Source of the DNA: Cyanophora paradoxa CCMP329
Lineage: Eukaryota > Plantae > Glaucophyta
NCBI GenBank assembly: GCA_004431415.1
Contig: QPMI01000407.1
Coordinates: 1-64,000, forward strand
Direction of reading: 5' to 3'
Length of the DNA stretch: 64,000 nucleotides
Below, piece after piece: positions 27,794 through 39,107 of the stretch (positions are counted from its first letter, which is position 1; each line of letters opens with the position of its first letter). A program made the position numbers and the translations under genes. Under the pieces are notes generated by a model. It worked only from the letters and a program-made list of their open reading frames with translations, did not search any database and was not told the origin of the DNA.

Positions 27794-30584
27794 CTATACT
27801 CCCGAGAGTTTCGGCCGATTGCTGGGTACACCGCTTGAACGCTGAGGTCCGCTAGGTGCCACGGTGGACAAGGAACATCAGCTTCGTTTGTGCAACAGAG
27901 CAGCCACAAATGCTCCGGCACCGTGCTCGACACCCAAAACGTGCTCGGCACCCATTGCTCCGGCCGCAAATGCGCGTTGTGCGCCCATATGGCATATGCC
28001 TGGTTCTAGATCTGAGTCCGCCGGCGTCCTCCGTGCCAGCCTCCATCCGTTGCGCCGCGCTAGCGCGCTCGCGACCCCGCCTACAGTTCTGACCGGCCGA
28101 AGGCTGCGCGTGCGCGCTGTCGAGCAGATCATGGCCTGTCGTCTGGTTCTCAGCTCCTGTCTCAGCGCTTCGTCGAAGCACCTTAGCTAAACAATTGCGA
28201 TCGCTCTCCCGGCGCGGGCCGGGCCGCCACAACGACTCCTCAAGCTCACGTGCTCGTCCGCTCGAGCTCGCGCGCTCGCCGCGGCGCTGCTTTCGGAACT
28301 CTAGCGCATCAGTACGCCATGCTCCACCGCAGTGTGCACATCGAACACCGATTATCTGCCTCCAGCTGCAGCGGCACGCGTCGACCGCCCCGCCACCCTC
28401 TCATTTCCCGCGAGGCGCAGCAGCGAGCGTCGCAGCTGACCATCAACATCGCATCTGTTCCATCGGTGCGCATGCTGCACAGCTGTGCTCGCTTCCTTTG
28501 CCAACGGGGAAGGGTCGCATCGCTCATGTTTGTCCCTCACTCAGTCTTGCAACCGCATGCAATCGACCGGGTCGACGTCGAGCCTCTAGCAAGCATATGC
28601 ATCACATCATCTCCAAGACTGCGGCCTCCGCCTCCGGCGCCGCCCCCGCCCGCGCCCCCGTCGCCGGCCCCGGCAGCGCGGCTCCTCCCGCTCCTGGAGC
28701 GCGACGTATCCGCCATCGCACGCTTCCCCGCGCTCCAGGCGATGGCGGCGGTGGTCTAGCGGCGGCACTCGGGCCGAGACAGCTAGCTTCGATTCATTGG
28801 CCTCCGAGACTCACCCCCCCTCTCTTCTTTCCTTTCTCTTCACCCAGCCCACAAGAGCCCGGCCCCCTCCCCCCGCCTCCCTCCTCCTCCTCCTCCTCCT
28901 TCCCCCCCCCCCCCCCCCCCCCCCCCAAATTTCCCACTGGGCCACCTCTCCCCCCGTTCACGCCGTGACGCAGCGCCAAGGTCTATGTTCCACATGCTCC
29001 TGTAAGGCTAGGATCAGACAACTATAGCTAGTTAGCACGTCGCCCCCCTAGGCCTTCCAATTGGAAGTCTCAGAGCAAGCCTCGCTTCCAATTGGGTGCC
29101 TGTTCAAAGTCTACTTCCTAATTGCAACCTGCTCAGAACCTGCTCAGAACTTAGAGGTCCTTCCCCTCCAACAGGGCCGCTGCGACAGCAGTGTTCCTGT
29201 TCCGTTCATAATGATGACCCGGTCCGCGGCCGGGATACCATGCCGCAGTGCATATGACTCAGTGATGCACGATCTGAAGTAAATCACCGTGGCACTGAGT
29301 CAGCACACGCTGCAGTGTGTTTCTAGAACGAGGGACCGGAATTCTAATATAAGTCTTGCCAGCTAACTTAAAGGCTAATACAACAGCTTAGACATCACTA
29401 GCAGACGAAATATAAATGGGAAGGCTATTAAGGCTGCCTGGCTTCAATGCTTAAACTAGCTTAAAACTGATCGTAATTCCCGCACTCCAGGCCCTAATAA
29501 AAAAAACAGCTTGTATTTAGCTTGGCCGCCTAGGCCGGCCTAGCTTAAGCTTAAACTACCTCGTCAACCTTCCCGTCTATCGCTAATCGTAATTATAATC
29601 GTAATTTTCCCGCAGGAAGGTCTAACTCTGGGTGGGCTCTGGAGTCGACGAGGCCAGAAGGCTGCCCCCGGAGGATCCCCAGCAGTAGGTTAGAGTAGCC
29701 TGCAGTATTCTTCCTCGGGCCTCATCGCATAGGCCGCCCGGCCTTCAAAGGAGGGTCTTGCAGACGGGGGTCGTCAGGACGCGCCTCGGTTTGTGCACGT
29801 TTCTGGCACTGCTCTAGTGTTTCCCCCCAAGGGCGAGAGAGAGAGATGCCATGATGAAGCAAAAGACACGCCCTTTCCCCCCAAGGGCCCTGCACTCCCC
29901 AGGTTCCAACACGTAGCATGTAGCTACCGTGTGAAGAGCAGACGAAATGGGATCACGCGCAGCACTATCTGGCTATAGCCCTCGTAGCAATCACGCTCGC
30001 AGCATCAATATTCCTTTTCAAGATTCATCTTGAGAACTGCAACTCGTACATCAATCACTGAATGGCTTGCGTTCAGTGTAGACACGCAAGCTAACGGCGC
30101 GGCTAGCTAGCGCTAGCTGCATCTGTGACCTACGCTCCGCCCCCGCAATGGCCTGATCGTAATCGTGATCAAACACGTCCGACCCCTGAAGGCCTAATTG
30201 TATACGTTAATCAAAGACGTCCGACCCTTCAGGGCCTGTTCGTAATCTTTGGAGAAGAACACGAAAGCGAGCACCCAAGCCCTGCGTGTCGGCGTAGTCT
30301 AGCTATATAGGGCATCTACTTTACCACGAGCCAGTTGCGGTTTCAACTCACAACATGGGCATCGAAGCCAAAGATGGGCGCCTTGAACGAGATTGCATCT
30401 CACGGCTCCAGCACCGACGTGGGCCAGCCAGCCAAATGCGAGCTCCCTATCGGCCACCACTGCTCCAAGTGTTGTGCGGTGGCGGTGGCGGTGGAGCCGC
30501 GGGCTGTCCGGGAAGACACGAGAGGATTGCACCTGCCGCGTGTGCGCTGCCATCAGCCGCAGCGGAGAGCAGCTTGGCGGAACG

Positions 30585-30733
30585 CGCCTATGCAGCCCGG
30601 TGGCGCCTTCCGCCGTCCCTGATTTTCCAAATCAGCTCGCCCTGTGAGCGTCGTGTCGAACCGAGCCGACCTGGGAAAGCGCGGCGTCGGACTCCAGGTC
30701 GCGAAGCAACTCCGACACGCTTGTCGTCACAGC
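30585..30733 (+). repeat. ~150 bp repeat, inverted copy of 33146-33294
   Basis: aaatcagctcgccctgtgagcg..cgaaccgagccgacctgggaaagcgcggcgtcggactccaggtcgcgaagcaac matches the reverse complement of the 33146-33294 segment. Confidence 0.88.
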
Positions 30734-31459
30734 ACGCGCCTGTGCACGGCGATCAGAAGCCTCGTTGACTCCGTGCGGGGAGAACGACGCATGCCCGCTG
30801 GACGGCGCGGTTCAGCTGGTCCGAGTTCGGTTGTTCAGCGCGACCAATTGCAACCCGTGCGGCTTCCGCCATGCGAATCTAGTTCGGCAGTAAGATGTAT
30901 GCACAGAGCTGTACAGAGGGTAACGGGGGAGGTGCACGTGAGGCCTGGAGACGGAATTTTCTATGGGAGCCCGCAACCGGGAACGGCTGCGCCGGCCGAA
31001 CTATACTGTACGTATATCTATACACTGTGTCACTGTGAACGTGGGGGGTACGGGTGGAAAAGAACACACGCATGCGCACACATGGTATACGTACGCGTCA
31101 CACCGTGGCACTTATGGATCGGATTCTAGATGCCGGCGGCATGCATGCATATGATGACCTGGCCTTGAGCTCACGATCGGAGCTAGTCAGGACAGAGTTT
31201 AAATCGAGGGAGCTTGAGCCTCACGATTGGATCGGAGCTAGACGGCGCCAGCCTGGCAGCTGCAGGGCCTCGATTCACGGAACTCGAATTTGAGGGCACT
31301 CCAGGAGCTAGCAGGCGCCACGAGGACCACGACCAAAAGCCTCGATTCCTATAGATAAAAACTGCGCCCTAGTAGTAACAAAATTAGCTGCACACTGTGC
31401 GTTCAGCGTAGACACGCAAGCTAGCCAATAGCTAGTGTGCAGACAAAAAAGAACCTTAT

Positions 31460-32641
31460 CTAGTTCTTCTTCTCAGCCTTCTCAGGGGCGGGTGCGGCTT
31501 CGGGCGCCTTCTCCTCCTCTGCGGTGGGCTCCTCCCCCTCGGACGGCTCCTCGCCCTCGGCAGCGCCAGCAGAGCCTGTCACGATATGTCAGCATACGAA
31601 TAACGTTCGGGTCGCGCACGTACCCTTCGATCCGATAATGGACAGGAAAACGTTGTAGAACACCTGGATGGTGTTGATGTACAGCAGACGCTGGTTTGAC
31701 GGAATGAAGCGGAAGTTGATCGCTACACGGCGCCCGCCCTCAGTGAATGCCGAATAAGGAAGAGGTGCAAGATGCAGGCGCACCGTGCGCAACGGGCCAG
31801 ACCTTCCACGAACCCGAAACCGACAGGAACGAGTCGTTCTTCAGCTTCTCAACGATCTGGGACGGCGACTTGCCCTCCAGCAGGCCGAGATACGAGAAGA
31901 ACACGAAAGTGAACACCCAAGCCCTGCGAGTCGGCGTACAGAGATCAACGCAGGAGGACACAAGCTAGGCGACACTGGACCCCTAAGCGCTTCGGAACGA
32001 CGTCACACGCACCATCCAAGCTGATCGATTGCGACCTTGCTGATGACCTGCTTCGGGCCATTGCCAGGAATAGCGCCGTCGAGCGCGCCGTAGAAGTAGT
32101 GGCCGAGCGGGCCGTGGACAATGAAACCGAAGGAAGTCATGCGGAAAAAGCGAGCCCAATCAAAGCCCTGCTGGTCGGCAGCCGGGAAGAAATTCTGAGC
32201 CAGAATGTCGCCGAGCGCGAAGCCGGTGAAGGAGGTCATGGCCTTAGTCAGCAGCGGCCGGGTCTCCAGAGACTGGTTATAGGCAGCCCAAATCTTCTTC
32301 AACGGGTTGCTCTCCTCATCGCCACCGTCGTTGTTGTCGCCGTTGCCGCCATTGCCGCCGTTGCCGCCGCTGCCACCGGCACCCGCTCCGCCAGAGCCGC
32401 CGTCAGCGGCGAACTTCGGGGTCTCGATAGGACCAGCCGGAGTGTATGAGAACTCGCTGAACGAACGGAAGCCGCGGAAAACCGGGAACCGCGAAGCCTC
32501 GAAGATGGCAGATGCGGGAACCACAGCGCGCTCAGCCGAGCAAGCCTGGGCAGTCGCGTACTTGCGGCTGGCAAGCTGGGACTTCAGCTGCAGGGCCGAT
32601 GTGGGCTGGCTGGCCAGCGGGGCAGACACAACGAACGCCAT
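31460..32641 (-). CDS. Mpv17/PMP22-family membrane protein with N-terminal plastid transit peptide, multi-exon
   Basis: YNQSLETRPLLTKAMTS..GDILAQ, HGPLGHYFY, KVAIDQL, SWKVWPVAH.INFRFIP..QRLLYIN. Starts MAFVVSAP followed by an Ser/Ala-rich leader and a Gly-rich linker. Confidence 0.88.
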
Positions 32642-33145
32642 TTTTTTCCCGCAATCAGAGATCTGTCCGACGGTACCCCGGGCACCGCCTCCCGGGCCCT
32701 CCCCGGCCCTCCCGCAGCCTCCGCGACCTCGCGCTCGGCCCGTATTGCGTTTGAAACCGTGCACATTGATAACACTGGCATACTAGCCGCGGACAACGCA
32801 GCCTAGAAGCGGCGGTGCTACCTACGGGGCGAGAAGCCGCGGACGTCGCGACAGGGCCCTCTGAAGGGGGGCGTGCACTCCCCCTGGGGTTCCTACAAAC
32901 TACGACGGATGAGCTCCCTGGATGTCTGGATTTCATTCTGTATCTGTGTATATATATGTGGTCGTAATTCTTGTCTGGCTGATCGTAATCGTAATTCTGA
33001 CCAGCTAAGCTTAAGCTTTCGTAATTGCACGACTTCGACCGTGCGCGGGCGCGCCCGATCACCCGGCGCAGGCGCATTGGATCACCAGGTGCAGGCGCAT
33101 TGGATCAGCGGGCGCAGGCGCGTTCGATCGACGTGCGCAGGCGCC

Positions 33146-33294
33146 GCTGTGACAGCGAGCGTGTTGGGGTTGCTTCGCGACCTGGAGTCCGACGCCGCGC
33201 TTTCCCAGGTCGGCTCGGTTCGACACGGCGCTCACAGGGCGAGCTGATTTGGTCAACCATGGACGGCGGAAGGCGCCACCGGGCTGCATTGGCG
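33146..33294 (-). repeat. ~150 bp repeat, inverted copy of 30585-30733
   Basis: See partner at 30585-30733. Confidence 0.88.
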
Positions 33295-33909
33295 CGATCT
33301 CGCGGTCTGTGTTGAGAGCGTGCGAAATGCTTGTTCTACGCTCCAATGCATATTCTAAATAATATATCGATGTGCACTCGCGCGGCTGCGTGAGCACGCG
33401 GTAAGATATGCATGCAGCTGCAGGTCCGTCGAGATGTTTCTCAGCTGCAGTGAAGATGCCCAGCTGAGCGCCCCTTCGCTCCCACCTCAGGAGCGCATGT
33501 TTCGTTCCCGCCTCAGGAGTACATTCTCGCCACCATTCGCACCGCGCTTCCTGTCCGTGCAAGTCCATCGTCCTCTTCAAACCCGTGTTCGGGGCTTTGA
33601 TTTGGATCTGATCGTGAGCCTTGAGAGCGTATCTCAGAGCATACGAGTTTGATTTGAAGTACCCCCCTCAGCAGAACGTACCGCGTACACCTAGAACGCG
33701 GAGGGGCCCTGCGCCGGTTACGCCGACTCCCGAAAGGAGGGCCCGGTGTATCCTGCCAGCATGTAGCTTTGCTATTGTTTGACAGGACAATGAGAATGGA
33801 CTCCAGGAACCAGGTGCACACAAATCTCTTTCCAGGGGGAGAATGCACAAGGCGCTACTCTTAGGCAGGTGCACCCCAGCCAGCGCGCACGTGACCAGAA
33901 AGTTTGTAT

Positions 33910-33984
33910 GATTGCTCAGCGTACACTGCTAGCCCGAACAGCTACAGGGCTAGTCCAGATAGCACTTGTGTATATCTGAAATGC
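33910..33984 (-). repeat. ~70 bp double-hairpin gene-3' element, copy B (overlaps the XPG stop)
   Basis: gattgctcagcgtacactgctagcccgaacagctacagggctagtccagatagcacttgtgtatatctgaaatgc. Confidence 0.85.
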
Positions 33985-36900
33985 ACACTGGAAGAGTCTC
34001 CTGCTGGGGTGTTTGAGATGATTGTGACGTCTCCAGGTGTGCAATCGGCGGCTTCGATGGACGTCCAGGACGTGACTTCTTCTTGACATCCGAACACCAG
34101 GCATTCACGTCGAAATCCAGCTGCTCTCCACCGCTCTCCACACGTTTCTGCTCTCCACTTGCATGGCCATGGTCCATTGCCGGCACCTTCCTCTTTCGCA
34201 CTGATTTCTTCTTTGTTTCCGGCTCCTCACTTTTTGGAACAATCAATTCTTCGACAAGGTCAGGTGTGTGTGTGAGGCCCTGCAAATGCGTAGGCCTGTG
34301 TCAGGCCCCGCCAAGGCTGAGGCGAGGGGGGTGGGGGATGGTCATACCCGCACTGCTGTGGCCAGCCTTGAGGACCGAATTCGTGCATAGCGGTGTGGCT
34401 GTAGAACACAGTGTGATTCAAGGGAAAAAAATATTCGGCTGGTATTTCAAATTTTGCACCTGAAAATAAGAATCTATGCGGGTCTGGAACTTTTCCGATC
34501 CAGATAATGCATTCAAAATCGGCTGAAGGAGCTCGTCGGTCTTGTCGAAGGACCACATGAACTTCTCGTGGCAGAATCTGGAAGACAACTCGTTTCCAAG
34601 CAAATGCTGGATTCAGAAAGGATTAACCTCTTCAGTGCGTCAAAATCCGGTTGCCCCCACCCGAATTGAGCCATGCTGCTGTCGACCTAAAAGCCCGGAT
34701 CATCAATCGAAAAAAACACGTAGCTTTTTGAGGGCACCTGAGGCTGCATATAGGCAGCTCGCACTTCACTACTTGGGAATTGCCCACGGATGACCCAGTT
34801 GCGCTTCATGTTTCTCTGCCAGGAGTGGTGTCCCACAAAAGAGTAGTCAAAAAAAGCACAGTAGCACACATGCTTGAACATGAAGGTTCGCTTCTTCTTC
34901 TGGGGATCAGTCGTATCATTCATCGTAGATGGGGCGACCCAATCTCCCCTGTCATCGAGATTCACAGTTTCCAGCCATCTGAGTTCTGTCAGGAAAATGT
35001 AGGGTGCACATCACAAAGCCGACACACTCTCTGAATTCCCGCAGGCCTTCGTCTCCTCCAGGAGGAGTAAAAGCGTCCACAACCTAATCATGTTGAGGGA
35101 AGATTCTAGAATGCAAGGGATAATTGAACCTCCATAGCATTCACGATGCCGATTCCCCTGGGACAAATACGCATAAACAAACGGGCGTTCAATATCAAAA
35201 CTCGTTTCATACCGAATTCCTTCAGCATAGTCTGAGCCAAGCAGCATAGCAAGAGAAATGAGCTTCTCCCGGTCCATTCCAAGCTCGGAGCTAAAGTCCT
35301 GCGACCAGTTTGAGAGACTGTCAGGAATACATGCCATTGCTCACGTCAGCCTTGAAATGCTCAACGAGCTTCTTCTGATCAAACATGTTGCGGTACACAT
35401 TCTGCCCTCCAAACAGAAACACATCACTGCAGCATGCAGCATGTCAAAAGATCTTCCAGGCGATAGGATGAAAGCACATCATGATCAAAATTACCTGTCA
35501 TCTGTAATAATTCCGTCTACTAACCCATGCTGCTCCAATGCTGCACACTGGGCCTCAGCCTCCATGGGACTCACAATGTAGGGGCAGCCAAAGAGTCTGA
35601 GCAGCTCCTACAGGAACGACCGATTGATCAGAATTAGGGCAAAACGACACAAAGATAGCTACAGCACACTTGGGATTCTGCAAACATCTCATCGGTGACA
35701 GAGTCGATGTCCCGTTCAGCCCGGCGTTGCATAGCTTGAAGTCTCTTCCGTTCAGCTTCCAAAGATGCAACATCGCCAATATCATCACGCTCTGGCTGTT
35801 GCTGGCCCTGCTGTGCATCCAAGTGCGCTGACTGCACGGGCTCAACAGAACCAACAGCGGAGTGAGCAGCTTCAGAAGGCCAGTCTTTCCTCACATCATG
35901 CTCAAGATCTGGAAGGCATCCGCCACCTTGTTTGTTGTGATTGTCCTGTTAGAAATTCAGTGCAGCTACCGGCCCTCGTAACGTTATTGCAGCAGACCTG
36001 ATTTTCTATGAGAGAATCATCAGCTATGGAGTCAATATCCCATTCAGCTCCATCGTGTGCCGTGTCAGAGAATGCGTCATCCAGTGCGAGCTCAGCTTGT
36101 ACCTCCTGATGTGTAGGTGAGGGAGGCCTGCGTGCAACACTGCTGATGGGCCTGGAGTCTGGACCCTGGAGTTGCTGGGCATGTCCAGCACTGCTTTCGT
36201 TTTCACTGCAAGAAATACGAGCAGCAATGAGAACACAGTCAAACCGCCCCATCATTTCATGTCGTCCGACCTTGCACAGGAATCGTAGAATGTGCCCGTT
36301 TCTGGGCATGTCTAACGTCAGCTGCCAAGCAATGCAACTGCGAATAGTTTCACCTTCCAAACTTGTGCCGACTCTCGAATTCTCGAAAATGACATGCCGG
36401 TCTTCAAGTTCAGGTGCACTTGGCGAGCTGGGCCTGCTCTGGGTTCCGCCTATCGGCCTCTCGTAGGCAGACACAGTCATATCGTGATCATTGTGGATGC
36501 CAGTGACGATGGCAGCTTCGGATGACTGATTTGCAGGACAGATTGGAGAGGCATCCAGCGCCTGGGACTGTATTTCTGTTGGGGGATCCACAGAAGGACA
36601 CTTGCACGGTTGGGACAATGCCTCGACTTCAAGGTGATCAATACTGATCGAAAACTCTATCACTCCAGCCGATTCTTCATCACAAGTCTGCCAAGGCTCC
36701 AGTTGCTGTTCCCGAGTGTGTGCTTTTGTTATTGGCGCGATTTCGACGACATCCCATTCACAGTCCATCAGAACATCCTCTCCAGCATCTTGAGCAACAC
36801 TTCGTGTTTGCAAGGGTTCCTTTCCCTTCCATTTCTTGATTGGAACTTCAGGTGGCATCAGAGGACCCTGCATGCACATGAGATGGCATTCTATTGCATA

Positions 36901-38396
36901 AGATTTTCTTTTCTAACCTCTGGTTCTGTGTTCAGAAAAAGAGTGTCCGATGCGTTCTCTGTTGCATGCGTCTCATAGTTCTGTTGCACGGGTGACTTTT
37001 TGTCTTGGCTGATTACATCAGTCGATCCATGGAGCAAGGCCTGTTTTGCTGTCTCAGCGGATGACCCTTTCACCAGAAGAAAACTCCGATTCTGGGAAGA
37101 AAAATCATGCTCGAGGGGCAAATGAGTGATAGATTGCGATCGCTGAGCACCTCGTCCGATGCTATACGCTGACCGTGTGCAGAGTTCAAGGCAAGTGAGC
37201 AACCAAGGGCATGGCGGGCCTCCTCCAGCGTCTTTGTAAGTCGTGTACCCTGCAAACAAGACTCAAGATCGGAACTGAATCATTAAGATCTGAAAAGGTA
37301 CCTGGAGAAACTTCTCAATCTGACCAGCTGAAAAATCATTGAGCTGGGCCTCTTTTTCAATAAGGCGGCCTCGGCCTTCAAGTCGGAAGCGCTCTCTCAT
37401 CTAAGAAATTACACGATACATTCAACACGAAATGCAGTGCGTTGTTGAACTGGAAACCATTGCGTATCGGCGGACCTCCAATGCAAGCTCATATCTTATT
37501 TCTGGGGGGAGGCTGGACAGAACAATTGGGTCAAGGTCACCTGCAGGCTGGCGGATATGGTAAGTCGGTTGCAAGTTCTGAAGACCTTCAACAAATCGCA
37601 CCAGAATAATGGGACCTTCTAAAATTTCTGTGGTTGGCTTCACTTTCGAATTCCATCTGTTCTCTCCCTTGCTAGTGTCTACCTCTCCGGCAGCATCACA
37701 AGCTTCCAAGTCAATCACTGCGTCACTTGCTTTTTCAACGACGAAATCGCGATCTTCTGTTCCAGGAGCAGTCTCTTGGGAACTTGAGGTGTGGGGTGAT
37801 TGGGGTGAATCCGCCACAACGCTGCTGAGAAGGGTTAGAAGTCTGAAATGAGGCCTGTGTGCAGCACGACGCACCTCTGAGGGCGATCCCGGCGCTGAAG
37901 AGCCGAGACATTCTTGACAAGATTCTGAAGCGCCTTGCTCTTCAACTGGCTCAGCAGTAACTTTTCGGCTGTTCGCTGAAGATTCGCGGCTTGCTTGTCA
38001 CGACGCATTCTTCTAGAGGCCTGCGAGGGGTGCCGGTTCACGTGTGCTGTGCCTGAATGCCGGCAGAAAATGCACCAGTGTACGGCGCTTAATCGCTGGC
38101 GCGCCCCCGTCGAATACGAAGACTGGCTTTACCCTGAAAAATAAGAGTTTGCACATGCGTCTGAACAGGCCGAGAAGGTGCGCATTTCGAATCATCGTTC
38201 CCTGCTGATCCCTCATGGCTTTCACGAACTGGGTGAGCCAGATGCTCGCGTCTGCATGCGCCGCGACCGGTGAACTCGGGCACACGACGCGTACAGGATC
38301 GTTCGCACCGACAGCAAGCCTCCTCTGCGCAAGCGTCTCGATCGGGATACGCCGCGCAGCTGGCGAGAGGAGCTCCCAGAGCCCATGGACGCCCAT
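33950..38396 (-). CDS. ERCC5: XPG/RAD2 structure-specific endonuclease, multi-exon
   Basis: N-domain [35 protein letters not shown]; ubiquitin-binding-like motif [16 protein letters not shown]; long spacer; I-domain [24 protein letters not shown]; QTRIDSYF. Confidence 0.93.
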
Positions 38397-39107
38397 CCGT
38401 GTGCCGTGCGCACGAAGGGGCGGTCGATATCAGCGCTGGTAGTTGTGAGTGTTGCGGATTGTTTCGCAGCCTTCGCAGGGCTTTTGTACGGCGGAGACGG
38501 GACTACCCCTACAATTTCTCGACTTTAGCAGGCGGGAAATATTTAGTAGATCGCCCAAAAACTTTTAGTACTATAAATATGCAGCCCACTAAATATTTCT
38601 AGTTCTACAGTATGCTCAGTGCACCCAGTGTCGGAGACGAGCTACGTGCGCCCCCAACCACGGCCAAGACCAATCCTTAGTGGACAGCCCTTGGGATGCC
38701 ACAAATTTAAAAGGAGGCCCTACAACTCCACCGAGGAGTAAGGCCCCTGCTAGGAGGAGGACCCTGCGAGATGCAGAACCAGGTCCGGCTTCACGCCCTA
38801 GGAATCCAGCAGGCGGTCGGCAGTGGACGGCGTAACAACCACGGGGGACTTTCTACATTCAACACCTCCAACAAGCTATCTAGCTTTAGCTACTACACTA
38901 CACCTCTCTCGTAGTATAGTTACTTAGACTAGATCAGGCTCTGTGGACTGTGCTTTGAATCAGATCTAGATCTAGATTACCGCTTACCGGAAAAAAAGCC
39001 GGCTCGCTAACCTCAGTAAATCTACTTTACTACCCATTAACTCACTCGGCTTATTTCTCGAATGCTAAGGTCTGCGACTGCTAGGGACCTAGGTGCGCAT
39101 ACTACCC

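Noticed and set aside
33910-33984. 70 bp element as tRNA/SINE, hammerhead or Helitron end
   Set aside because: GTTCGGA has no T-stem or cloverleaf; a stem followed by GAAA is present but CUGANGA is missing; it does not terminate in hairpin+CTRR and flanks share no element body.
38536-38599. 12 bp inverted repeat gaaatatttagt/actaaatatttc
   Set aside because: Single, AT-rich and short, with no TSD or second copy; insufficient for a MITE call.
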